Notes under the pieces: generated by a model | Databases searched by the model: none | Seen by the model: only the letters and a program-made list of their open reading frames with translations | Told to the model about the DNA's origin: nothing | In this document: piece by piece, positions 1 through 9,812 of the stretch | Numbering within the stretch: position 1 is the first letter of the stretch | Layout of the letters: every line of letters begins with the position of its first letter | NCBI GenBank assembly: GCA_902595065.1 | Contig: CACJOM010000004.1 | Coordinates: 79,734-143,733, forward strand | Reading direction: 5' to 3' | Source: an uncultured SAR86 cluster bacterium | GTDB taxonomy: Bacteria > Pseudomonadota > Gammaproteobacteria > Magnimaribacterales > D2472 | DNA length: 64,000 nucleotides | Position numbers and translations under genes: made by a program

Positions 1-71
1 ATAATGTTCAAATTGACCTAACTTTCAGACTCGGCAATTAACTTTTAGATAAATATAGCCGAAGGATATTT

Positions 72-3050
72 ATGCCTATTAGACTCCAGTTACTTCTATT
101 TGGGGTCATTGGTAATGTCCTTGTTGCTGTTATATTTATTTCTTCTTTTGGATACAGGGAAAATATTCAAGAAGATTCATCTAATGAATCTCTACTAACT
201 CTTTACGAAGCTGCTTGGTATCAAACCTACAATAAATCATTTGATGTCATGTCAAAGTGGCTTCCAGTAACTGGAGAAAATGCGTCTTTCTGGGATCCTG
301 ATTCAGAGATATTTTTAGATGAGGTTAGATCAAGCAATATTTATACAAACCCTCTATTAGATACTATAAGCGCTGATAGAATTGGTGATGCTCAATATTT
401 AATAGAACTATTTTTTGAAGAAGAGCTTGATTACGGAAATTTAAGCTATGTTATGGCTTATTTTCCTTCTGGTGAAAGGATCTATTGTGGAAGTGCCTTG
501 GATTTATTAGGCGTAGATCCATGCTCCCCTGCAGCAAGACCTGATTTCTTTAGTTATTTAGATTCATTTTTAAAAGATGCGTCTTCAAGGCCCAGACAAT
601 CCATTGTAAAGATCAATGATAAAAATGAAGAGCAAGCTTCTACTTTAAACCAGGCGTTAAGTTTCCCAATAAAAGTTGAAGGCCAAACTCTAGCTGTGAT
701 GGCTTTAGGTGTAGACATTAGAAAGGGTCTTGAAGTCTTCGAAGATGAATTTGAAGTTAGAACAGCCATTAGCACTGACTCTGGCTTAATATCGCTTAAC
801 GATTACTATCAACAATTTGGTGATACGGAGGATAACTTATTTGATATTGAAAACTTTAATAAATTAACAGCTAAAGCTGCTGCCTTTAAGATTGAAAACG
901 GTTCTCGATACTCTGAAAAAGATACAGACCTTGGCACATCTGTCACTCTCCTGCCCTTAAGTACATTTTTATCAGCTGATGAAGCTCAATTATTTATATT
1001 TAAGGATGAAAGAGAAAATATATTAAGAGCTGCTAACGTGTTGAATTTAACTTACATAGCAGCAATTTCATTTGTGATACTTATTATTTCTTTAATAGCA
1101 TTTATTACCACAAGGACTTTTGGTGGAATTACAAAAGCTATTGAAGTTCTTGAGGGACTTACCAAAGGTGATCATACCCAGGAAATGCCTGCGAGAAAGG
1201 GAATGCTTGCATCAGAAACTGATGAAGTTGGGCAGCTCTCTGCTGCACTTGGTTCATATAAATCCCATCTTATTGAAATGGAGACAATCAGGGAAGAACA
1301 AGCGAAAAGAAGACATGAGAGAGATGAGGTAATCATTGAAAAAATGACTGCGCTAGCAGATCAACTTGATGGAAGTGCTAGAACATTAATTCTTAATGAC
1401 ATTAAAAAAATGAATGAACTTGCTGGTAATGCTGACAGAAATTCTAGTGAGGAAGCTTCTGTAGAATTGATGTTGGTTGCTTTTTCGAGGATGTCTGATG
1501 AAGTAAATGGTTTGATAGATGCCAGAACCAGCGAAATGGAAACTGCAAGAGACGAGGCTAGAGATGCTAGCGATCAAAAAACAAAGTTTTTTGCAAATAT
1601 GAGTCATGAATTAAGAACTCCACTAAATGCAATTCTTGGTTATGGAGAGATGCTGTATGAGGATTGTGAAGATCTTGGGTATGATGACCTGCTCCCTGAT
1701 CTTAAAAAAATTACATCCTCTGGGACCCACCTTTTATCATTAATTAACAATATTCTGGACCTTTCAAAAATTGAAGCTGGAAAAATGGAACTGTTTGTTA
1801 CAAGTTTTGAAATTGAAAATATGGTTCAAACAATAAAAGATGTTTCTGAGCCTTTAGCAGCAAAAAATGATAATGGCTTCATTATTAATCTTGATGGAGC
1901 AATGGGGTCTATGTCTCAGGATGAAACCAAACTAAGACAATGTCTCACAAACTTTTTAAGCAATGGTTTTAAATTTACTAAAAACGGAACGGTTACCCTT
2001 GATGTAAAGTCTAGAATGAATGGTGATGTTGAATTCATTGACTTTGCTGTTATAGATACTGGTGCGGGAATGAGTCCAGAGGGAGTAGCTAAAGTCTTTG
2101 AGGAATATACTCAAGCTGAAAGATCAACTTCAGCTAACTATGGAGGAACTGGCTTAGGACTTCCAATTTCAAAGAAATTTGCAGAGATGATGGGTGGAGA
2201 TGTTGTTGTAACAAGTGAAGAAGGTGTCGGCTCTGTATTTACAATGTCAGTCCCTAGAGAGTGTCCTGAATACAAAGAGGATGAGGTAGAAAGTAGTGTT
2301 ATAAATCTTGATGATCAAGATAATCTTGTAGTATTAGTGGATGATGATGTGGCAATGCATGATCTAATTAAAAGAACAATCTCCAAGCTCAATCTAACTC
2401 TATTAGGGGCTACGAACAGCGAAAAAGGAATGGAATTAATCAGGGAGGTTAAACCGAAGTTGATTCTGCTTGATGTATTAATGCCGGGTCGTGATGGTTG
2501 GTCGTTGTTAAAAGAATGTAAAACAGATCAAGAATTGAAAGATATTCCTGTAATTATGATCAGCCAGCTAAATCAATCCAATCTTGCCTCATCCCTCGGA
2601 GCAAATGATTATCTTACAAAGCCAATAGATAGAACTCATTTTATAAACACATTAAAAAGAATTCTGGGTGCTGATACTCAAAATCAAAAGGTTCTGGTTA
2701 TCGACGATGACAAAGATGTAAGAGAGCTTTTATCTAGATTATTGAAAGATGCAGGATATAGGCCAATAGATGCCAGAGACGGCAAAGAAGGCCTTGAAAG
2801 AACCAAAGATGAGCCTGCATTAATAATTTTAGATTTAGAAATGCCTAGGATGGATGGATTTGAATTCTTGGATAACTACATTAAAGACGTGCCTAATGAA
2901 AAAAGAGCGCCAGTTCTTGTTTTTTCAGGAAAAGATTTAACCGATGTGCAAGAAGATCTTTTAAAAGAAAGAGTTATTGGGCTTGTTAAAAAGGATGATG
3001 TATCTATGGATAAACTTTCACAAATGATCCAAGGGATAATTAAAAATTAG
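72..3050 (+). CDS. Hybrid sensor histidine kinase with two C-terminal receiver domains
   Basis: 992-aa ORF with a GAAGGA RBS just upstream of the ATG. It has an N-terminal TM segment, a ~300-aa extracytoplasmic-type region, a second TM and a HAMP-like linker. H-box FFANMSHELRTPLNAILGYGEML; ATP-lid boxes DTGAGM and GGTGLGL. Two REC domains follow (LILLDVLMPGRDG and LIILDLEMPRMDG). Confidence 0.9.
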   Translation: MPIRLQLLLFGVIGNVLVAVIFISSFGYRENIQEDSSNESLLTLYEAAWYQTYNKSFDVMSKWLPVTGENASFWDPDSEIFLDEVRSSNIYTNPLLDTISADRIGDAQYLIELFFEEELDYGNLSYVMAYFPSGERIYCGSALDLLGVDPCSPAARPDFFSYLDSFLKDASSRPRQSIVKINDKNEEQASTLNQALSFPIKVEGQTLAVMALGVDIRKGLEVFEDEFEVRTAISTDSGLISLNDYYQQFGDTEDNLFDIENFNKLTAKAAAFKIENGSRYSEKDTDLGTSVTLLPLSTFLSADEAQLFIFKDERENILRAANVLNLTYIAAISFVILIISLIAFITTRTFGGITKAIEVLEGLTKGDHTQEMPARKGMLASETDEVGQLSAALGSYKSHLIEMETIREEQAKRRHERDEVIIEKMTALADQLDGSARTLILNDIKKMNELAGNADRNSSEEASVELMLVAFSRMSDEVNGLIDARTSEMETARDEARDASDQKTKFFANMSHELRTPLNAILGYGEMLYEDCEDLGYDDLLPDLKKITSSGTHLLSLINNILDLSKIEAGKMELFVTSFEIENMVQTIKDVSEPLAAKNDNGFIINLDGAMGSMSQDETKLRQCLTNFLSNGFKFTKNGTVTLDVKSRMNGDVEFIDFAVIDTGAGMSPEGVAKVFEEYTQAERSTSANYGGTGLGLPISKKFAEMMGGDVVVTSEEGVGSVFTMSVPRECPEYKEDEVESSVINLDDQDNLVVLVDDDVAMHDLIKRTISKLNLTLLGATNSEKGMELIREVKPKLILLDVLMPGRDGWSLLKECKTDQELKDIPVIMISQLNQSNLASSLGANDYLTKPIDRTHFINTLKRILGADTQNQKVLVIDDDKDVRELLSRLLKDAGYRPIDARDGKEGLERTKDEPALIILDLEMPRMDGFEFLDNYIKDVPNEKRAPVLVFSGKDLTDVQEDLLKERVIGLVKKDDVSMDKLSQMIQGIIKN

Positions 3051-3412
3051 GATCCTACAAATGCCTCAATTTTGCCTAATAATCTTTTAAAATCTACAGG
3101 CTTGGTATCAAAATCATCTGCTCCACACTCTAATGCTTTTTGTTTATCCGACTCTAAAGCATGCGCAGTTAATGCAATAATTGGAATTGAACTAATAGAT
3201 TCATCAGCCTTAGCTTGAATTGTTGCTTCCCAGCCATCTAAAACTGGCAAACCCATATCCATGAGAACAAGATCTGGAGCCTCACTCCTCATCATATCCA
3301 AGCCTGCTTGACCATCAAAAGCCATAATAATTTCGTATCCTCTTCGTGACAGTCTTCGAGATAACATGTCTCGATTCATTTCATTATCTTCAACGTATAG
3401 TAATTTTGCCAT
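3047..3412 (-). CDS. Single-domain response regulator (CheY-like receiver)
   Basis: 121 aa with receiver motifs YVEDNEMN, DLVLMDMGLP (phospho-Asp), ALTAH and DFDTKP, and no output domain. It starts 4 nt downstream of the GGDEF gene and overlaps the convergent kinase gene by 4 nt. Confidence 0.9.
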   Translation of the reverse strand: MAKLLYVEDNEMNRDMLSRRLSRRGYEIIMAFDGQAGLDMMRSEAPDLVLMDMGLPVLDGWEATIQAKADESISSIPIIALTAHALESDKQKALECGADDFDTKPVDFKRLLGKIEAFVGS

Positions 3413-3416
3413 TGTA

Positions 3417-4901
3417 TTAGTCTCCTACTAACTCACTATCAATTAATTTAAATCTATTCCTACCATCTTTTTTAGCTTCATAGAGCCTTTCATCAGCTTT
3501 GTTTGTTAAATCAGCAGAAGTTTCAGTTTCTGTTGAAAATGCAACGCCACCACTTGAACTTACTTTAATATCTGTACCTTCGAAATTTACAACATTATTA
3601 TTAATCTTTTTAATTAATTTTGTACAGAACTCCTTTGCTTGATCATGATCAAGGTAAAGAATTGCCAAAAACTCTTCTCCTCCTATTCTACCAACTATAT
3701 TTGGCGAAGAAATCTCTGATTGTAATAATTGCGCAAAAGATATTAGTACTGCATCTCCTCCAGCATGGCCATAGTTATCATTGACTTGTTTGAAGAAATC
3801 AATATCGAACATTATTGTTGCAAATTGCCGATCTTTTGATTGCTTTGAGTTATCCATAGCATCATCTAGGGCCTCAAAAATTACCCTACGGTTATAAATC
3901 CCCGTAAGCTGATCAGTAGTAGCTTGAATATGCAATTTATCTACTAACTCTTTTTCGCGCTCACGCCAAAATTTTCTCTCTAATGCTGCAACAACCTTTG
4001 CTAGTAAAATAGTTCCATTAATTGGTTTTGGAAGATAATCTTGAGCTCCCAGCTGAATACATTTAGAAATGCTATCTACATCATTAAATGCTGAAACCAT
4101 GATCACAGGTAAAGATTCTGAGCTATGTTCTTTTCTAAATGTTTTTAATAACTCTAGTCCATTTATATCTGGCAAAATTACATCAAGTAAAATCAAATCA
4201 GGTGTTTTTTTAAAAACTTCAGTAATAGCAGTATTTCCATCATATGCGGTTCTGCAGGAAAGACCCTGCATGGATAGCCTTCTTTGCAGAACTTCACAAT
4301 TAGTTACATTGTCATCAACAATTAAAATATCTGATTCTTTGATGTCATCATCCAAAGTGATTGAATATTCAATATCACCTAATGATTTAAAAAGAGCTTC
4401 AGCTGATTCAAGTTGATTTGAAGAATTATCGTTCTTCGGATCAATTGTCTCTCCCCTAATGTAATCAACAAAATTTTCTATCGCTGTCTCGGTTTCTCTA
4501 GCAAGATTAATAATTTGTTGAAAATCTTCTATGGTCGATTCTTCAAGATCATCCTCATAATCCTCCATTAGAATTTCACTGTATCCAATGATTGCATTCA
4601 ATGGGGTTCTTAAATTATGACGAAGTTCTGAGTATTCTTCAGGTGACTTTTTGGATGAATCTGCATTTGCCCCTGTATTTTGAACAAATGCTTCTTCATA
4701 TTGCTCAATTAATTTAGAGCATGATGATTTGATTTGATCTATTTCATCACCAGACTCAAGGCTGGCATCATCAAGAACTTTTTCAACCATATCAACGTAA
4801 TCAAATATTGCATTAGCTGGTGTTATAAAATCCTGTTTGATTTGAGTAAGAACAATTTCTTCTGCGCCTTTTGAAGTTTCTTTAGGAGTAAGCTTGTCCA
4901 T
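3417..4901 (-). CDS. DHp(H-box)-receiver-GGDEF protein (response-regulator diguanylate cyclase without a kinase ATPase domain)
   Basis: 494 aa. H-box LRHNLRTPLNAIIGYSEIL (His95) is preceded by a degenerate copy IKQDFITPANAIFDYVDMV (Gln23). No N/G1/G2 ATP-binding boxes occur before the REC domain (ILIVDDN...LILLDVILPDING...KP). The C-terminal GGDEF domain carries an intact GGEEF. Confidence 0.85.
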   Translation of the reverse strand: MDKLTPKETSKGAEEIVLTQIKQDFITPANAIFDYVDMVEKVLDDASLESGDEIDQIKSSCSKLIEQYEEAFVQNTGANADSSKKSPEEYSELRHNLRTPLNAIIGYSEILMEDYEDDLEESTIEDFQQIINLARETETAIENFVDYIRGETIDPKNDNSSNQLESAEALFKSLGDIEYSITLDDDIKESDILIVDDNVTNCEVLQRRLSMQGLSCRTAYDGNTAITEVFKKTPDLILLDVILPDINGLELLKTFRKEHSSESLPVIMVSAFNDVDSISKCIQLGAQDYLPKPINGTILLAKVVAALERKFWREREKELVDKLHIQATTDQLTGIYNRRVIFEALDDAMDNSKQSKDRQFATIMFDIDFFKQVNDNYGHAGGDAVLISFAQLLQSEISSPNIVGRIGGEEFLAILYLDHDQAKEFCTKLIKKINNNVVNFEGTDIKVSSSGGVAFSTETETSADLTNKADERLYEAKKDGRNRFKLIDSELVGD

Positions 4902-4914
4902 AATTTAAGTTTAA

Positions 4915-6000
4915 TTAATTTTTAAATGAATCTAGAAAATCTGGTCGATGCATTAAATATCCTTGGCCAATCTTGCAACCAAGATTCAGCATCATGCTCT
5001 TATCTTCCTCGGTCTCAATACCCTCTCCAATCATCTCTAATTCAAGATCTTTACAAACCTCTGAAACAAAACTGATCAGTCTAGCTGTGGATGGGTCTGA
5101 AACATTAAACGTAAAATGTTTATCTAATTTAACAACATCTATGGGTAAATCCCTGACATACTTCAAAGATGCATAACCAGCGCCAAAATCATCTAGAGCA
5201 ATCTTTATGCCTTTAGATTTAAGTGTTTTCAAGGATTCAGAAGCAACATTAATATCAGCAAGCTCTGCAGTCTCTGTAACCTCAAGACCGAATTGATTTG
5301 GGCTAAGTTTATGCTTTTCAACAAAATCAGTAAATATTGAACAAAATTCTGGGTGCATAATCGTATGTGCTGAAACATTAAGGTAAAGAGTTGCATCTTT
5401 GAATCCAATCTCATCTTTGATTGCAAAAAATTTTTCTAGTTGCACTAATGACTCTAAAACCACCAAAGAAAATAAACTTTCACCTTCGATTTGAGGGATA
5501 ATTTGATCATTTGGTAAATACCCGCCCTCTCCATCTTGCAGTCTTAAAAGCGCCTCAACACCTGTAACTTCATTGGTTTCAAGGTTAACTTGTTTTTGGT
5601 AGGCCAACTCAATTCTTTTATGTTCTATACAATCAATGGTTTTCTTTAATGCATCGAGACCCGATCTAGAGGAGCACAAAAGCTCGATCAGCATAATTCC
5701 ACTAGAGATATCAACTGGAATCATATGAACCCTTGTTCGCATGAAAAAATTAATATTTCTGAGGGAGATCTCAATTGGTGTGTCGTAATAAAGTGCAATT
5801 GAATTCAAGTCACCAAAATTATTTGTAATTTTTTCATCAATTTTTATTACAGAAAGCTCCTCTAAAGTATCTAAATTAAAAATATACTTAGCTGCAATAT
5901 TTGCCCAGGCAATAGAACCATCCAACTCATAGATAATATATGGGCTTGGATGATGCTGGAGAGATTTAGTTAAATAATTTAGCTCTTGGTCAGTTTCCAT
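4915..6000 (-). CDS. PAS-like / EAL domain c-di-GMP phosphodiesterase
   Basis: 361 aa with EAL-family motifs EALLRL, NVS, LEVTET, DDFGAGYASL, KLDK, EGIETEE and QGYL. The N-terminal ~110 aa looks PAS-like (PYIIYELDGSIAWANIAA). Confidence 0.85.
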   Translation of the reverse strand: METDQELNYLTKSLQHHPSPYIIYELDGSIAWANIAAKYIFNLDTLEELSVIKIDEKITNNFGDLNSIALYYDTPIEISLRNINFFMRTRVHMIPVDISSGIMLIELLCSSRSGLDALKKTIDCIEHKRIELAYQKQVNLETNEVTGVEALLRLQDGEGGYLPNDQIIPQIEGESLFSLVVLESLVQLEKFFAIKDEIGFKDATLYLNVSAHTIMHPEFCSIFTDFVEKHKLSPNQFGLEVTETAELADINVASESLKTLKSKGIKIALDDFGAGYASLKYVRDLPIDVVKLDKHFTFNVSDPSTARLISFVSEVCKDLELEMIGEGIETEEDKSMMLNLGCKIGQGYLMHRPDFLDSFKN

Positions 6001-6006
6001 CTTAAT

Positions 6007-6474
6007 TTAACCGTATAGTTTGCTTTGTTTAATCTGCTCATCTACAAGTTCTACAAAATCTTCCGCAAATGTAATTTTTATAAATTCCCATATCTCAAGG
6101 TGTTTAGGCTCTTTAAAAAGTGTTTTAAAAGATATTAACATTGCTGTCCACTCATCTTCATCCAGCATGCCAATTTTAAATTGATAGAACTGATTTTCTC
6201 TCGCTCTCAACATAACACTAAAATAAGTGAGATATACAGCATTCTCTTCTTTGGTCAGTTCCTCGTTATTCCTGAGTTTTATTTTTGTATCAACAAGGAT
6301 TGGCTTCATGCCAGCAAGAGCAACTTTTTGATGGGAATCAGCAATATTTTGCCTAGCATTTGCACGAGCAACTCTATTTTGTTCTCTTAGCTCTGTAACC
6401 AAAAAATAAACTGTCACAAGAACTGTAAATGGTCCGACAGTTTGAAGAATTAATATGACTGTTTCAAAATTCAC
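6007..6474 (-). CDS. Hypothetical membrane-anchored protein (first gene of the c-di-GMP operon)
   Basis: 155-aa ORF with a GTG start and one N-terminal TM helix (ILILQTVGPFTVLVTVYFLV). It ends 6 nt upstream of the EAL gene. No family recognised. Confidence 0.5.
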   Translation of the reverse strand: MNFETVILILQTVGPFTVLVTVYFLVTELREQNRVARANARQNIADSHQKVALAGMKPILVDTKIKLRNNEELTKEENAVYLTYFSVMLRARENQFYQFKIGMLDEDEWTAMLISFKTLFKEPKHLEIWEFIKITFAEDFVELVDEQIKQSKLYG

Positions 6475-6569
6475 TTGAGAGCTAAATATGTTTTTTTTAT
6501 AACTTTAATATAAAGTTTTTTTAAGGGTCGGTAAAGAAACTTGGGGGATATAAAAAAATATTTCTAACG

Positions 6570-6575
6570 TATAAT
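6570..6575 (+). promoter_or_regulatory. Candidate -10 hexamer for tRNA-Arg(ACG)
   Basis: Exact TATAAT lies 8 nt upstream of the mature tRNA 5' end. No convincing -35 was found. Confidence 0.35.
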
Positions 6576-6583
6576 GCTCACGT

Positions 6584-6660
6584 GCGCCCGTAGCTCAGCT
6601 GGATAGAGTACTTGGCTACGAACCAAGGGGTCGGGAGTTCGAATCTCTCCGGGTGCGCCA
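6584..6660 (+). tRNA. tRNA-Arg (anticodon ACG)
   Basis: 77 nt folded by hand into a cloverleaf: acceptor GCGCCCG/CGGGTGC, D-arm GCTC...GAGT, anticodon stem CTTGG/CCAAG with loop CT-ACG-AA, T-arm GGGAG-TTCGAAT-CTCTC, and an encoded CCA. Confidence 0.9.
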
Positions 6661-6663
6661 ATT

Positions 6664-8109
6664 TTATTTAGGGTTATAAAACTTTAGAGTTGAGTCCTTA
6701 ATTGAAAACAATCGAACAAAAAATATATCTTTTAAGTAATTTTGATATTGACGCCAAGGCGACTTCTTTCCCTGCTTGGGTAATCTATCTAGAGCTCTTT
6801 GAACATACCCAGAAGTAAAATCAATATATTCGTCATCTACAACTGCATTTGGATCTTCTTTAGGAACACACGTTGTTACTCCCTGCTTATCCATTTGATT
6901 TATAAGTCTACAAACATATTCGCAAGTAAGATCTGCTCTAAGAGTCCAAGAAGCATTTACATAGCCAAAAGAAAAAGCAAGATTTGGAACTCCACTTAAC
7001 ATCATTCCTTTATATGAAAGTTTGTTGTGGGGTTCGACTTTGACCTGATCAACAGATACTTCTATATCATTTAAAGCATTTATTTCTATTCCTGTTGCTG
7101 AAACGATAATATCTGCATCTATAACATCTCCCGACTTGATTCGAATTCCATCCTTTGTGAATCGATCTATGTGATCAGTAACTACAGTTGCTTGCCCAAC
7201 TTTAATAGCATTGAATAGATCACTATCTGGAACAAGACACATGCGTTGATCCCAAGGGTTATATCTTGGCGTAAAGTGTTTTTCAACATCAAAATTATTA
7301 CCAAGCTCTTCGCGAACTAGATTGATCAGTCTTTCTTTGACCTTTGCAGGATATTTTCTAGATAAATAAAAACCTAAACTAGTTCTTAATACATTTTTCC
7401 ATCTAATTAAGAAATAGGTTAAACGAGTAGGAAAAATTTTATTTAATGCTTTATTCCATGAGTCCTCGCTGGGGGCTGAAACGACATAACTAGGAGATCG
7501 TTGCAACATAGTTACATGCTTAGCCTTCTCAGCTATAGCAGGAACTATAGTTACTGCAGTTGCACCGCTTCCAATAACTATGACTTTCTTATTTGTGTAG
7601 TCCATAGCTTCATCCCAAAACTGAGGATGTATAAGCCTACCATTAAATTCATCTTGATTAGGGAATTCTGGCATGAAGGGTTTGTCATAACTATAATAGC
7701 CACCGCAAAGAAATAAGAAGTTACACGTCATCGATAAGTGCTGACCATTACTTTCAATTTTTAATTCCCATAATGATTTTTCGGAAACCCAATTAGACGA
7801 AATAACTTTTTGATTAAAAATTATCTTTTTTCTCAAGTCATATTCATCAACTGTCTCATTAAGATAATCTAAGATAGAGGGACCATCTGCAATTGATTTC
7901 TTATGTATCCAAGGTTTAAAACGAAAGCCAAGGGTATGCATATCAGAGTCAGAGCGAATGCCAGGGTATTTAAATAAATCCCATGTTCCTCCAAGTGAAT
8001 CTCTTCCTTCTAAAATGGCAAAAGATTTATTTGGACAGCTTTTTTGAAGATTATAGCCAGCAGCAATTCCAGAAATACCAGCTCCAACTACAATTACGTC
8101 TTTATGCAT
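6664..8109 (-). CDS. EthA-like FAD/NADPH Baeyer-Villiger (flavin-containing) monooxygenase
   Basis: 481 aa with GAGISG Rossmann motif, GGTWDLFKYPGIRSDS, BVMO fingerprint FNGRLIHPQFWD (FxGxxxHxxxW) and a second GSGATA. It is collinear with my recollection of M. tuberculosis EthA. Confidence 0.9.
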   Translation of the reverse strand: MHKDVIVVGAGISGIAAGYNLQKSCPNKSFAILEGRDSLGGTWDLFKYPGIRSDSDMHTLGFRFKPWIHKKSIADGPSILDYLNETVDEYDLRKKIIFNQKVISSNWVSEKSLWELKIESNGQHLSMTCNFLFLCGGYYSYDKPFMPEFPNQDEFNGRLIHPQFWDEAMDYTNKKVIVIGSGATAVTIVPAIAEKAKHVTMLQRSPSYVVSAPSEDSWNKALNKIFPTRLTYFLIRWKNVLRTSLGFYLSRKYPAKVKERLINLVREELGNNFDVEKHFTPRYNPWDQRMCLVPDSDLFNAIKVGQATVVTDHIDRFTKDGIRIKSGDVIDADIIVSATGIEINALNDIEVSVDQVKVEPHNKLSYKGMMLSGVPNLAFSFGYVNASWTLRADLTCEYVCRLINQMDKQGVTTCVPKEDPNAVVDDEYIDFTSGYVQRALDRLPKQGKKSPWRQYQNYLKDIFFVRLFSIKDSTLKFYNPK

Positions 8110-8118
8110 TAATATCTC

Positions 8119-9768
8119 TCATTTACCAGATCTAGATATATCTCTAATTGATTTAAATTCATTACCATCATACCAATTAGGCCATTGTGAGCTATTTGCT
8201 AGTTCATTGCTAATATTAAATATCACATCAATAGATTGGTTCAGGCCATCTAAATTCCATGATTCATCATATTCATCACCAACACCATGGTAAGCATCGA
8301 GACGATATTGCTCCTCAATTATAAAACCAGCCTCCTTTCCGCCTTCAACCAGATCAAATCCGCCATCGGCATAGAGTACCGGAACACCCCTTTTTGCAAA
8401 ACTTATATGATCCGATCTATAAAAATATCCCTTATCAGGATTTGGATCAGGATTAATATATCTTCCAGATTTACTTAATTCTTCCTCCAGAAGGTCCTCA
8501 AGCTCAGAAGCTCCATAACCAACAACAACCATGTCATTTGTTAAACCAGTTGGCAAAATAGCGTCATAATTAAACCCAGCAACTATATTAGATAAATCAA
8601 TGGGTGGATATTTTGCAAAATACTCAGAACCCAATAGACCAGATTCCTCTAAAGTAACCGCTAAAAACATTATAGATCTCTTAGTCTCAATTTCTGAAAA
8701 TCTTTTTGCGAGCTCTAACACAGCTGCAACCCCCGTCGCATTATCAACAGCTCCATTTGCAATTTTGTCTTCGCCTAGTTGAGCCCCGTTCATAAAACCT
8801 AAATGGTCCCAATGCGCCATAAATAATATATATTCATCAGGTTGGGTTAATCCCTCTTTGACTGCAGCAATATTATGAGATTGAAGATATCTCACCTTAT
8901 TATGAATTTCTGAACTAAGCGTTAAACCTCTTAATGGAAAAGCGGAAAAGGTTTTCTCAAGCGCTATTTCCTTCAGTGAATCATAGTTAAACCCAGTAAA
9001 ATTAAGCACGTCATTTAAAGTACTGTCTCTTATCCAACCCTCTAAGATTACTCTGTCTGCACCTAAATCATCTCTCTGCAAATCCAATTGAGGACCTTGC
9101 CAACTATTCTCTACTACAGACCAGGGGTAAGCAGCAGGCTCTTCTTCATGAATAACTATTGCAGCTGCAGCACCTTGACGAGCGGCTTCTTCAAATTTAT
9201 AAGTCCATCTTCCATAATAAGTCATTGATTTGCCATTAAAAAGTCTTAGTTTGCCTGTAGCAAATCCTGGATCATTAATTAAAATTACTACTGTTTTACC
9301 TGTGACATCTATTCCGTCATAATCATTCCAGTTGTATTCAGGGGCAACGATTCCATAACCAACAAATACAACCTCACTATCTCTAATTTTTCTGTATTCT
9401 CTTGCCTGTTTTGTCCAAAAAACCACCTCTTCACCTGTAATCATTTTTCGATCATTGCCGCGAAAAGAGAGGGTTAAATAAGAACTATCTTTTAGAGTTA
9501 TTTCTGAGGCAGGCACATCTAAAAAGTAACTTCCATTCACAGAATCTAAATTTAGATCTTGAAATGTTTTTGAAATAAAGTTTTTAGTTAATTTGCCGCC
9601 CTCGGTACCGGGAGCTCTTCCCTCAAATTCATCAGAGGAAAGGGTTGAAATCCAATATCTTAGTCTGCCATCAGTTGTATCGCTTAAAGAATCTGAACAA
9701 CTAGTTATAAAAATAGAAATTCCAAAAAGAAGTAATAAAGAATGATTTTTACTAATTTCCATGGCCAT
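8119..9768 (-). CDS. Secreted M28-family Zn aminopeptidase with PA domain (lipoprotein)
   Basis: 549 aa with signal/lipobox ...SIFITSC. M28 motifs AHWDHLG, GAVDNATG, EESGLLGS and RSDHISF are present. Confidence 0.85.
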   Translation of the reverse strand: MAMEISKNHSLLLLFGISIFITSCSDSLSDTTDGRLRYWISTLSSDEFEGRAPGTEGGKLTKNFISKTFQDLNLDSVNGSYFLDVPASEITLKDSSYLTLSFRGNDRKMITGEEVVFWTKQAREYRKIRDSEVVFVGYGIVAPEYNWNDYDGIDVTGKTVVILINDPGFATGKLRLFNGKSMTYYGRWTYKFEEAARQGAAAAIVIHEEEPAAYPWSVVENSWQGPQLDLQRDDLGADRVILEGWIRDSTLNDVLNFTGFNYDSLKEIALEKTFSAFPLRGLTLSSEIHNKVRYLQSHNIAAVKEGLTQPDEYILFMAHWDHLGFMNGAQLGEDKIANGAVDNATGVAAVLELAKRFSEIETKRSIMFLAVTLEESGLLGSEYFAKYPPIDLSNIVAGFNYDAILPTGLTNDMVVVGYGASELEDLLEEELSKSGRYINPDPNPDKGYFYRSDHISFAKRGVPVLYADGGFDLVEGGKEAGFIIEEQYRLDAYHGVGDEYDESWNLDGLNQSIDVIFNISNELANSSQWPNWYDGNEFKSIRDISRSGK

Positions 9769-9812
9769 GTGTATATTCAGATAACTAAAGTATAAAATAT
9801 ATTTTCAACTCA

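Noticed and set aside
4069-4416. Long antisense ORFs inside well-supported genes (this one, and for example 32630-32746, 35534-35833, 46091-46399, 52585-52842)
   Set aside because: They lie fully within, and antisense to, genes with clear family motifs. Their low-complexity Ser/Leu/Ile-rich translations carry no recognisable motifs and no RBS. I treat them as shadow ORFs.
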